The position numbers were made by a program, and so were the translations under genes. The notes below the pieces were generated by a model. That model was given only the letters and a program-made list of their open reading frames with translations. It was not told the origin of the DNA and did no database searches. This document shows, one piece after another, positions 49,833 to 58,726 of a stretch of 64,000 bases of DNA. This stretch comes from an uncultured Granulosicoccaceae bacterium (lineage in GTDB: Bacteria; Pseudomonadota; Gammaproteobacteria; CALCKW01): contig CALCKW010000059.1 in assembly GCA_937965695.1 (NCBI GenBank), positions 351 through 64,350 on the forward strand. Direction: 5' to 3'. Position 1 is the stretch's first letter, and each line of letters starts with the position of its first letter.

Positions 49833-51706
49833 GCGGCGTTCATAACACCCCATCTGGCGGATGGGCCTCATGGTTCGATCTGCGCAGCCGCGAGTCCCTG
49901 TTGTCTGCGTTTCTACTTTTTGCGATCGTGTGTGTTTTGCTGGCGGCAGCCGCCTACTTTGAACTCGCTAGTCCTCGCTTACTCAAGATTGGCTGCGTCA
50001 ACTTAATCGCTGCATTAGCGCTGGGTCTTTTCAGCGGTTCAACGGGTGTTCTATCTCTCGGACATGTCGCGTTTTTTGGTATTGGCGCCTACGTTAGCGC
50101 GTGGTTCACTTTAATTCCCGCAATCAAAGGCATGCTCTTGCCTGACATGCCAGTTTTTATTCAGCAATCGCAGTGGAGTCTCTGGTTCGCCGTTATTCCA
50201 GCCATCATCGCTGGTCTATTGGCCGGTGTTTTGACTGGTTTCGTGATGCGGCGCTTGCGTGATACTTCCGCCGTTATCGCGAGTTTTGGTTTTTTAGTCA
50301 TTTTTTACCTTTTGTTTATAGGGTTGAAAATTTTTACGAATGGAAAACAATCCCTTTATGCCTTACCCATCGACCAATTGAGTTGGCCGTTAACCATGAC
50401 AGCGATCGCAACGGCTCTGCTTGTCACATTTGCCATACGCGCCAGTGCATTGGGAAGGGCGGCGGAGTCCTTGCGAGATAATGAAGCAGCTGCTCGTTCT
50501 GTTGGCGTAGACGCTGACCGTACCTTCTTTTGGGTGTGGGTCGCCAGTGCTGCACTGATGGCTATGGCTGGCGCCTTGTTTGCGCACTCCATTGGCATCG
50601 CGTCTCCTAGCAGTTTCTATTTAGATAAAACATTCGCTCTTATTGTGATGATAATCGTTGGGGGTTATCGGTCATTGACGGGTTGCGCTCTGGGTGCGGT
50701 GTTAATAACAATCGTTGAAGAATTACTAAAGCACGCAGAAGAATCTTTGGGTGCCCTTGCAGGCCAACAAGTACTGGGCGGTCTTATTGAAATGCCCCGT
50801 GTTTTTGGCCTAACGGCCTTGTGCTTCTCAGCGATTATTTTGTTGGTGTTGTATTTACGCCCAGAGGGCGTGATTGGCTATCGCGAATTGGCGCAAGCAG
50901 GTCTTATAAGACGACTGTTTGGGCGATGGCTCGAACCTGCCAGCAAGGGTGAAGAACAAGTCATCTACTCTGTGCCCAAGGAGTCGGAACTGTCCGCGCA
51001 GTCTTTGGGTAAAAATTATGGCTATTTTAGCGCCATGAGTGACGTGAGCTTTGAAGTAGGACCAGGGGAAATTGTTGGACTGATCGGGCCTAATGGTGCA
51101 GGTAAGAGCACCTTTATCAATGTAATGACCGGGAACCTTTTTGCGAGCTCTGGCGCTATTTTCCTAAACGGAGAAAATGCGACTCAGTGGAGTGCGCATG
51201 ACTTGGCGCGTCGTGGCATGGGCCGTACTTTTCAAAATATTCGGTTATTTGCCTCGCTTAGCACGTTGGACAATGTGCTGACGTCTGTCAACGTTGCCTC
51301 TCCCAAACTATCTCGTGTTGATGCTGAAGTGCTGGCGATGAATTGGCTACGCGAGCTTAATCTAGATCAGCACGCCCTGGAAGCAGGAGGCTCACTAGCC
51401 TATGGCGATCAGAGACGATTAGAAATAGCCCGTGCTTTGGCTTTGGAACCGCATTTCTTGCTGTTAGACGAACCCGCAGCGGGCATGAACGATTCCGAGA
51501 CCCATCAGTTGCAGCAATTGCTTAAAGATATCGTTCAGCGAATAGGTTGCGGTGTCATTTTGATCGAGCACGATATGCCAATGGTCATGGCGCTCTGCGA
51601 CCGACTGGTTGTGCTCAATAAGGGAGAGCAAATTGCCTCTGGCCCAGTGGCCGATGTGCGTAAAGATCCACAAGTTATAGAGGCTTACATCGGGGAATCA
51701 CCTTAA
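49826..51706 (+). CDS. Fused HAAT-family ABC transporter: LivM-like permease domain + LivG-like ATPase domain in one polypeptide
   Basis: The N-terminal ~370 aa are polytopic. The C-terminal ~250 aa carry Walker A ([10 protein letters not shown]), the signature (YGDQRRLEIARALA) and Walker B (LLLDEPAAGM). A GTG start overlaps the RidA stop. Confidence 0.75.
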   Translation: MVSGVHNTPSGGWASWFDLRSRESLLSAFLLFAIVCVLLAAAAYFELASPRLLKIGCVNLIAALALGLFSGSTGVLSLGHVAFFGIGAYVSAWFTLIPAIKGMLLPDMPVFIQQSQWSLWFAVIPAIIAGLLAGVLTGFVMRRLRDTSAVIASFGFLVIFYLLFIGLKIFTNGKQSLYALPIDQLSWPLTMTAIATALLVTFAIRASALGRAAESLRDNEAAARSVGVDADRTFFWVWVASAALMAMAGALFAHSIGIASPSSFYLDKTFALIVMIIVGGYRSLTGCALGAVLITIVEELLKHAEESLGALAGQQVLGGLIEMPRVFGLTALCFSAIILLVLYLRPEGVIGYRELAQAGLIRRLFGRWLEPASKGEEQVIYSVPKESELSAQSLGKNYGYFSAMSDVSFEVGPGEIVGLIGPNGAGKSTFINVMTGNLFASSGAIFLNGENATQWSAHDLARRGMGRTFQNIRLFASLSTLDNVLTSVNVASPKLSRVDAEVLAMNWLRELNLDQHALEAGGSLAYGDQRRLEIARALALEPHFLLLDEPAAGMNDSETHQLQQLLKDIVQRIGCGVILIEHDMPMVMALCDRLVVLNKGEQIASGPVADVRKDPQVIEAYIGESP

Positions 51707-51807
51707 CAGTGGGTTTCTCGTGTTCGGGTAATCTTTTAAATTATTCGAACTAAGTTAGAGCGTTACTTTTTTGCAGTTAATGTAATAAACACCTCGAAGC
51801 AACAGGA

Positions 51808-52989
51808 GTGAGAACGATGATCAAAAACCTACTAGCAGCAGCCGTGGTCGCCAGTGTTGGCATGACCACAGCACACGCAGATGGTCACGCAAAAGATTTC
51901 GTGATTGGCGCTGTCAACGCAAAAACAGGCTTCATGGCCGCATATGACGCACCTTTTATGCAGGGCGTGCAGATGTATATGGACGGTGCCAATGCTGATG
52001 GCGGCTTTATGGGTAAATACCCCATCAAGTTGATCGAACGCGATGATGGCTCAGACGTGCAAAAGTCTACGGTATCTACAGCCGAGTTGCTGCAGTCCGA
52101 AGAGCTGAATCTATTCATTACCTCTGCACTGGCTCCGTATGCCATTTCCGCAGGCAGCCAGGCATTGGCCAAAGACTTGTTAACTGTCCACACCATTGCA
52201 TCACAGCCCACGATTCCGGCGCGTTTGGGTGAAGGCAGTTACTTGGTCATGATGTCCGATGCCCATATGGGCGGTGTTTATGCCAAGTACGCTACTGACA
52301 CGCTCGAGGCTAAAACTGCTTATATCGTGACGAGTGACTTTGACCCCTACACTGAGTTTCTCCCATTGTATTTTAAAGAGAAATTTGAAGCAGCTGGCGG
52401 TAAAGTCATCGGTCAATCTGACTTTGCCTACGATCAGCAAGAGTTCTCATCAGTCGTCTCTGCGATCAAAGCGCTACCCGAACAACCCGATGTCATTATG
52501 GGAATGCCGTTCGATAACGATTTCCCTATCTTTATTAACCAGCTTCGTGCTGCTGGGGTGAAGTCGGTCTACCTGGGTCCAGACACCCTCGATTTGCCTT
52601 CTGTTAAAGGGTTAGGTGATGTCGTTGAAGGGGTGCATTACGTGACCATGGCTGCTCCTTCTAGCAGCGAGGCCGCGGGTGACTTTGTCAAGGCATATGG
52701 CGAGCGGTATGGCAGCGAAGACAGTGCGTATCCAGCGATGGTGGGTTATTCGTTCATGCGTATGGTTGAAGCGGCAGTCAATGCGGCGGGTGGCACGGAT
52801 GCAGCGGCAGTTCGTGCAGCATTTGCTCAGCTAGAAAATGTCGAAACTGAAATTGGTTCCGTCACTTTTAAAGGCTTTGGTGCGTTACCTAATCTTCCGG
52901 TGCATGTGATGCGCATAGAAGGCGGTAAAGGTGTTCATGTCGAGTCTATTTTGTTAGAGGCAGACGAAATACCAACACCACGTTCTTGA
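51808..52989 (+). CDS. HAAT-family periplasmic substrate-binding protein (LivK/UrtA/FmdD-like)
   Basis: A signal peptide (MIKNLLAAAVVASVGMTTAHA) and a PBP1 HAAT-type profile are present. The ORF is about 390 aa. Confidence 0.7.
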   Translation: MRTMIKNLLAAAVVASVGMTTAHADGHAKDFVIGAVNAKTGFMAAYDAPFMQGVQMYMDGANADGGFMGKYPIKLIERDDGSDVQKSTVSTAELLQSEELNLFITSALAPYAISAGSQALAKDLLTVHTIASQPTIPARLGEGSYLVMMSDAHMGGVYAKYATDTLEAKTAYIVTSDFDPYTEFLPLYFKEKFEAAGGKVIGQSDFAYDQQEFSSVVSAIKALPEQPDVIMGMPFDNDFPIFINQLRAAGVKSVYLGPDTLDLPSVKGLGDVVEGVHYVTMAAPSSSEAAGDFVKAYGERYGSEDSAYPAMVGYSFMRMVEAAVNAAGGTDAAAVRAAFAQLENVETEIGSVTFKGFGALPNLPVHVMRIEGGKGVHVESILLEADEIPTPRS

Positions 52990-53078
52990 GGGCGTGATTA
53001 GCGATGGTGTCGGGAATAGGGCCTGGCACCATTGGCTATCCATGCAAGCATGTTTGATAAATTGACAGAGCTTCGATT

Positions 53079-53795
53079 GTGAAAAAAGCAGTGTTAGAGG
53101 TCGAAAATCTGGTTGTTCAATACGGCCAAATTTCTGCGGTGCAAGGGGTCAACCTAACCGTCAATGAAAATGAGTTGGTCACCGTTATCGGGGCTAATGG
53201 TGCCGGGAAGACTTCTACTTTAAATGCCATGATGGGGTTAGTTCCTGCGGCTAGCGGAGAAATTCGCTACAAGGGTGAATCCCTTTTGCACATGCCGGTT
53301 GAAAAGCGCCCAAGTATGGGTATTGCATTTTCACCTGAGGGACGAAGAGTCTTTGGGCCTTTGTCTGTGCGCGACAATTTGCGGGTCGGTGGGAATAGCC
53401 TGCCGGCCTCTCAGGTTGACGGTCGCATTGACGAAATGGTTGAGCGATTTCCTATTTTGGGAGAGCGCCTACAGCAAGCAGCGGGGACGCTTTCTGGTGG
53501 AGAACAGCAGATGTTAGCCATTGCGCGTGCGCTGATGATTTCCCCCGATTTTTTAATTCTCGATGAACCCTCGTTGGGGTTGGCTCCTATTGTCGTCGCA
53601 CAAGTGTTTGAGTTGATCGCTGAGCTTCATGCGGAAGGTGTGGCAATACTATTGGTTGAACAAAACGTTAGAAAAAGCTTGGCTATTGCTGATCGAGCTT
53701 ACGTTATGGAACTGGGACGCTTTGTGCGTGAAGGTGCAGCCGATGAATTGGCTGCAGACCCATCCATAGAAAATAGCTATCTCGGCGCGGCTTAA
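53079..53795 (+). CDS. HAAT-family ABC ATPase (LivF-like)
   Basis: Walker A (GANGAGKTST), the LSGGEQQMLAIARAL signature and Walker B (LILDEPSLGL) are present. A GTG start is likely. Confidence 0.8.
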   Translation: MKKAVLEVENLVVQYGQISAVQGVNLTVNENELVTVIGANGAGKTSTLNAMMGLVPAASGEIRYKGESLLHMPVEKRPSMGIAFSPEGRRVFGPLSVRDNLRVGGNSLPASQVDGRIDEMVERFPILGERLQQAAGTLSGGEQQMLAIARALMISPDFLILDEPSLGLAPIVVAQVFELIAELHAEGVAILLVEQNVRKSLAIADRAYVMELGRFVREGAADELAADPSIENSYLGAA

Positions 53796-53833
53796 AGGCC
53801 GCCTGAATAATTTAGGTTTCTTGGGAGATAGAC

Positions 53834-54721
53834 TTGGACCTCTTTTTACAATTTCTAGTCTCAGTGCTGAGTCTTGGCGGCGTGTATGCGCTACTAGCTT
53901 TGGGGCTGTCTACCGTTTTTGGATTGTTGGGATTTCTCAACTTTGCACACGGTGATCTGATGACAATCTGTGGCTATGGCTTGTACTTTATGCTGGCTGC
54001 GGGATTTGGTTTTGTTCCTGCGGCTACGCTCGCTCTCGCGCTGGCTGCATTGGCAGCAGTTTTAATGGAGCGCTTGGCATTTCGACCGTTGCGTGGTCGC
54101 AACCCGATGACGCTGCTTATTACTTCTTTTGCCCTGTCGTTGGCCTTACATGTTAGCTTTCAGATTTTTATAAGCCCAAAACCTAAGCCCATTCCCGTAC
54201 CAGAGTTTTTGTCAGGTTATTTTACTATTGGTGAAATTTTTATAAGCCGCGCGCAAGTAATCGCTATTGTCGTCTCTGTGTTGTCATTAGTGCTGCTTAA
54301 TCTTTTCGTCAATCGCACGCGCCTCGGCGTAGCACTGCGTGCCGCTGCGGCAGATTTTGATGTAGCGAGAGCTTTTGGCGTAAAGGCTAATCAAGTTATT
54401 GCAATCGCTTTCGCGTTGAGTGGCTTGCTCGCGGGATTGGCAGCATTGGTGTGGATATCACAGCGAGGTGCAGTGTTTCCCACCATGGGATTGACCCCAA
54501 TGGTGAAGGCGCTGATAGCCGTCATTATCGGAGGGCTGTCGAATCCGCGCGGCGCGCTCTTGGGTGGTTTTATGTTGGGCTTATTGGAAGCGGGCTTTCT
54601 ATTTACTCTTCCAGATAGCCTTGTGTTGTACCGGGACGCCTTGGTGTTGCTGGTGTTGATTCTGTTTTTGATGTTTAGGCCTAACGGATTGATTGCGACC
54701 AATCCAGAGCCGATGCGGTAG
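53834..54721 (+). CDS. HAAT-family ABC permease (LivH-like)
   Basis: It is a polytopic protein of 295 aa. Confidence 0.75.
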   Translation: MDLFLQFLVSVLSLGGVYALLALGLSTVFGLLGFLNFAHGDLMTICGYGLYFMLAAGFGFVPAATLALALAALAAVLMERLAFRPLRGRNPMTLLITSFALSLALHVSFQIFISPKPKPIPVPEFLSGYFTIGEIFISRAQVIAIVVSVLSLVLLNLFVNRTRLGVALRAAAADFDVARAFGVKANQVIAIAFALSGLLAGLAALVWISQRGAVFPTMGLTPMVKALIAVIIGGLSNPRGALLGGFMLGLLEAGFLFTLPDSLVLYRDALVLLVLILFLMFRPNGLIATNPEPMR

Positions 54722-54743
54722 AGCGATATATCTCAAAGGCAAT

Positions 54744-55409
54744 TTAGCTGTTTAGGATGGCATCCATTTGCAAAGTAAGACCGCCTTCGATGTGATCACG
54801 CATTGCTTCGAAAGCATCGTGACCGTTACCGCTAGCCATCGCATCGATGAGCGGTATGTGATCGCCTAGGGATTTGTCCAGATCAACGTCGTCAATTTTG
54901 GCGAACATACGAAATGAATTGCTGCGGTTCCAGATGGAATCAAACTGTTCTAGCAGAAAACGATTATTAGCTTTTTCAACAATCGCGCGGTGGATGGTGC
55001 GGTTAGCTTCAAAGTAGGCGGAGATGTCGACGCGCTTTATGGACTCTTGCTGCAGCACTAAATTGCGCAGTTGCTCATAGACTGCTTTGTCGTTCCGCTC
55101 GGTGACTAGGCGTGCAGCGAAGCCTTCAATGGCGATTCTCGCCTGATAGATTTCGCGCACTTCAGCGTTGCTGATTTGCCTGATAACAAATCCTGAACGA
55201 CCGGAGGTCTCTAGTACGCCTTCTTGTTCTAGGCGAAGCAACGCCTCGCGTACTGGGGTTCGGCTGACTTGTAACTCGTTTGCAAGCCGCTCTTGCACAA
55301 GGCGCTCGTTGGGAGCGATATCACCGGCGCCTATTGCTATAAGCAATTGCTCGTAGATCTCGTCTGCAAGGCGGGTTTTCTGTACAGAGATGCGTTTGAG
55401 TGTAGCCAT
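54744..55409 (-). CDS. GntR-family transcriptional regulator (FadR/FCD-type C-terminal domain)
   Basis: An N-terminal wHTH (…ERLANELQVSRTPVREALLRLEQEGVL) is followed by a C-terminal all-helical effector domain with His residues. It is divergent from the mgsA-like gene. Confidence 0.8.
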   Translation of the reverse strand: MATLKRISVQKTRLADEIYEQLLIAIGAGDIAPNERLVQERLANELQVSRTPVREALLRLEQEGVLETSGRSGFVIRQISNAEVREIYQARIAIEGFAARLVTERNDKAVYEQLRNLVLQQESIKRVDISAYFEANRTIHRAIVEKANNRFLLEQFDSIWNRSNSFRMFAKIDDVDLDKSLGDHIPLIDAMASGNGHDAFEAMRDHIEGGLTLQMDAILNS

Positions 55410-55537
55410 ATAGAGGTGAGAGTGTTCCTGACAATGGAGCGTGAAATTTAGCTGAACGAGCCGCCTGAGCGGCTTTTAGAGCCAAAAACTGGGTGTTTAA
55501 AAAAACATCATAGCAATGATTGATTGATTCAGGAATA

Positions 55538-55554
55538 CTGTATACAGTATACAA
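55538..55554. promoter_or_regulatory. 17-bp palindrome cTGTATAC-A-GTATACAA, a candidate GntR-type operator between the GntR gene and the mgsA-like gene
   Basis: I read this directly from the sequence. It shares 16/17 positions with the site at 42764..42780, and the 13-mer ATACAGTATACAA is identical in both. Confidence 0.45.
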
Positions 55555-55576
55555 CGTACATTATGAGGGGAATAAC

Positions 55577-56521
55577 ATGTGTGGGATAGCTGGGAGAATT
55601 TTAAATAGCCCTGGCCGTGTCGGTGATGACTTAGTCGATCTGATGGCGGCCCAGTCTCACCGGGGGGCCGACTCGACAGGTTTTGCTGTATACGGGCCGC
55701 CAAGAACCGATGGTTATATCGTTCGCGCGATGGGTTTTGATCGAAGTGCAATGGACTCGGATCTGGCAGACTTTGAGAAGATCTTGCGTCAACACGGCTC
55801 AGACTGGTTGGAAGAGCCAACGTGGAACGGTGGCACTGATAGCCATTACTCAGTACGTGCTGTTATTAAAGACCCTTCAGACATCGCGCAGTGGATAAAA
55901 GAAGCCGATGCTATATGTGAACGTCTCGAGGTGCAATCGCTCGGTCGCTCACTGGAGATTGTCAAGGACACGGGTGATGCGAATGCCGTTGCGGAAAAAC
56001 ATGGTGTTCGTGAAATGGTGGGCACTCATGGATTAGGTCATGCACGTTTGGCCACTGAAAGCTCGGTACTGCCTAATGCCAGCCACCCTTTTTGGGCGCG
56101 ACCGTTCCCCGATGTAGCCATTGTGCACAACGGACAGATTACTGACTACTACACGCAGCGCGATCGCCTAGAGCGCAAGGGTTATCGATTTATGACCCAG
56201 AACGACAGTGAGTTGATTGCCGTATGGGTCTCCGACCAGATGTCGCAGGGGCTCGATAAACACGAAGCGCTGCGCAAGTCGATCGATTCTATTGATGGGG
56301 TATTTACCTTCCTCATTACTGACCCAACCAGCATGGGGTTCGCCAAAGATCGTTTTGCCATGAAACCGCTTGTGACGGTGGAATCTGTAGGTCAATTGTC
56401 CGCTGCAACGGAAGAGCAAGCCGTTCGACGTATCGAGCCTGAAGAATCAGATGTGATCAACTACGACGGTCCTTCAATGACTCGTCTATGGCCGGTTGAT
56501 TCGACGGAGGCTGCAGCATGA
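55577..56521 (+). CDS. Class-II (Ntn) glutamine amidotransferase domain protein (GltB1 / N-methylglutamate-synthase subunit A-like)
   Basis: The start is called at the ATG preceded by GAGGGG, giving MCGIAGRIL… with the nucleophilic Cys at position 2 after Met removal. The ORF is about 314 aa. Confidence 0.7.
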   Translation: MCGIAGRILNSPGRVGDDLVDLMAAQSHRGADSTGFAVYGPPRTDGYIVRAMGFDRSAMDSDLADFEKILRQHGSDWLEEPTWNGGTDSHYSVRAVIKDPSDIAQWIKEADAICERLEVQSLGRSLEIVKDTGDANAVAEKHGVREMVGTHGLGHARLATESSVLPNASHPFWARPFPDVAIVHNGQITDYYTQRDRLERKGYRFMTQNDSELIAVWVSDQMSQGLDKHEALRKSIDSIDGVFTFLITDPTSMGFAKDRFAMKPLVTVESVGQLSAATEEQAVRRIEPEESDVINYDGPSMTRLWPVDSTEAAA

Positions 56522-57210
56522 GCGAAGTTGAAGTCAAAGTAGGCGAGCGGTCTATTCGTGAGATCAACGAAGAAATCCAGGAGCACGCCGCAAACGGTTT
56601 GCCGATGCACATTACCGATACACTCTCTAGACATAACTTAGGTATTGGTTTGCCAAAAGGGGCAAAGTTGCGCTTTGATGGCAGCGTTGGTTATTACTGC
56701 GGTGGTTTGAATAACGGCGCGACGATTACCGTGGAGCGTAATTCAGGCTGGGGCACTGGTGAAGCACAGGCAGCAGGGGATATCACCGTCGGCGGTTATG
56801 CGGGGATGTCTGTGGGTGCGGCGATGCTCGGCGGTGTAATCCATGTCAAAGGTGACTGCGGCCCTCGTTGCGGTGTGGCGATGAAAGGTGGCGATATTAT
56901 TGTCGAAGGCAAACTCGGTTATCAAGCTGGGTTTATGTCGCACGGCGGGCGCATAATAGCGCTCGGCGGTGCGGGTGAGTCTTGTGCTGATGCGCTTTGG
57001 GAAGGCGAGGTCTGGGTTGCCGGGCCGGTCGAGTCACTGGGTGTGGACGCCAAAATTGTCGAGCCTGAGGCAGCAGAAATTGCCTCGGTAGAAGAACTGC
57101 TAGCCACACGTGGTTTGGCAGACAACAACAGAGAGTGGCGCAAAATCGTATCCGGTCAGCGCCTGTGGTACTTCGAGAGTCGGGAAGCAAACGCATGGCT
57201 AATGATATGA
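56518..57210 (+). CDS. GXGXG-motif glutamate-synthase C-terminal-domain-like protein (GltB3 / MgsB-like)
   Basis: Repeated GxGxG beta-helix motifs are present (GGVIHVKGDCGPRCGVAMKGGDIIVEGKLGYQAGFMSHGGRIIALGGAGE). The ORF is 230 aa. It overlaps the previous gene by 4 nt. Confidence 0.7.
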   Translation: MSEVEVKVGERSIREINEEIQEHAANGLPMHITDTLSRHNLGIGLPKGAKLRFDGSVGYYCGGLNNGATITVERNSGWGTGEAQAAGDITVGGYAGMSVGAAMLGGVIHVKGDCGPRCGVAMKGGDIIVEGKLGYQAGFMSHGGRIIALGGAGESCADALWEGEVWVAGPVESLGVDAKIVEPEAAEIASVEELLATRGLADNNREWRKIVSGQRLWYFESREANAWLMI

Positions 57211-58625
57211 ATAATTCAGATGAAGAACGGTACAGTTACCCCTTTGAAATGCCTAGCGAAGAAGCGGTCGCGTTTAGTGACGGTGCTATAGATGGACGTC
57301 CTGCGGGTGTCCCATCATCATATGACAAGGGTGGTTCATTGCGTTGGACACCCGATGCCATTTCCGAAGTGCATGCCCTGGCACAGTTGGGCCGCTATCA
57401 GGTGCGCGGTTATAACTGTTTTAACCAGCGCTTGCCCACTTTTGACGATCTGACCTTTGTACCGGCGACGATGACGCGTTTGCCGCTTGAGGGTTACAGA
57501 GAAAAGTGTGACACCACAACAATTTTGGGTAACAGCGGCAACGTTGAAAACCCGCTGGAATTGAAAATCCCGATTTATATCGCCAGCATGAGTTTTGGTG
57601 CGCTGTCGGCAAGTGCCAAAGCTGCGCTTGGATACGGTGCGTCGAAAGTAGGCACAATGACCTGCACCGGCGAAGGCGGCATGCTCGAAGAAGAGCGCGC
57701 TGCCAGTGAGCGTTTGGTCTATCAAATGAGCCCAGCTCGCTACGGCTTGGATTTAGATCACTTGCGACGTGCAGATGGTCTTGAGCTGGTTGTAGGCCAA
57801 GGCGCTAAACCTGGCACGGGTGGCCTGCTACTCGGTATGAAGGTGTCAGAACGCGTTTCCAAAATGCGCACTTTGCCGCCAGGCGTAGATCAACGCTCGA
57901 CGATTCGTCACCCAGACTTTTTAGGTGCAGATGACTTGGCCGTGAAGATCGAGGAGCTGCGTATCGCGACTAACTACAAAGTGCCAATCAGCATCAAGAT
58001 GGGTGCAACGAGACCGCGTTATGATGTTGCCATTGCGGCTAAAGCAGGCGCTGATATCATTGTTGTAGATGGCGCAGAAGGAGGCACCGGTGCCTCTCCA
58101 GAAATGCTGCTCAACCACACGGGTATTCCCAATATCTCTGCAATTCGCGCAGCGCGCGAGGCGTTGGATGAATGCGGTATGTCGGGTAAGGTATCCTTGG
58201 TTGCAGCCGGTGGTATTCGCAGTGGTGTGGATGCGGCTAAATGCTTGGCGTTGGGTGCTGATGCCGTCATGATCGGCAATGCTTCAATGATAGCAATGGG
58301 TTGTAACTCGCCGCGATACGAAGAAGATTACGCCAAGTTAGGTACTTCACCAGGTGCCTGCCATCATTGTCATACAGGCTTGTGTCCTGTGGGTATCGCC
58401 ACACAAGATCCCGATCTAGAAGCACGCATGGACGTGGCTGTGGGTGCAGAACGTGTTGCACGCTACTTGACCGCCATGACCATGGAGATCACCGCACTTG
58501 CTAAAGCTTGTGGTAAATCTTCAGTTCACAACCTAGAGCCAGAAGATCTTCGAGCACTGAGCTTTGAAGCTTCAGCATTTACTGGTGTAAAAATGGCGGG
58601 TATCGATCGCGCTTTTGGTTGGTAA
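57207..58625 (+). CDS. FMN-binding glutamate-synthase-domain protein (GltB2 / MgsC-like)
   Basis: An ATGA start–stop overlap couples it to the previous gene. A TIM-barrel FMN domain pattern is present (…IYIASMSFGALS…GEGG…VVGQGAKPGTGG…IIVVDGAEGGTGASP…), and there is a Cys cluster (CHHCHTGLCPVGIATQDP) for an Fe-S centre. Confidence 0.7.
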   Translation: MNNSDEERYSYPFEMPSEEAVAFSDGAIDGRPAGVPSSYDKGGSLRWTPDAISEVHALAQLGRYQVRGYNCFNQRLPTFDDLTFVPATMTRLPLEGYREKCDTTTILGNSGNVENPLELKIPIYIASMSFGALSASAKAALGYGASKVGTMTCTGEGGMLEEERAASERLVYQMSPARYGLDLDHLRRADGLELVVGQGAKPGTGGLLLGMKVSERVSKMRTLPPGVDQRSTIRHPDFLGADDLAVKIEELRIATNYKVPISIKMGATRPRYDVAIAAKAGADIIVVDGAEGGTGASPEMLLNHTGIPNISAIRAAREALDECGMSGKVSLVAAGGIRSGVDAAKCLALGADAVMIGNASMIAMGCNSPRYEEDYAKLGTSPGACHHCHTGLCPVGIATQDPDLEARMDVAVGAERVARYLTAMTMEITALAKACGKSSVHNLEPEDLRALSFEASAFTGVKMAGIDRAFGW

Positions 58626-58726
58626 TATTGTCCTACGCGAAAGTGCGGTCAATCTGAACGCACTTCGCATTTTTAGCGAAGAAAAAAATGTAGTGCTTCA
58701 CCATGTAGATTATAGTGAAGCTTTTC

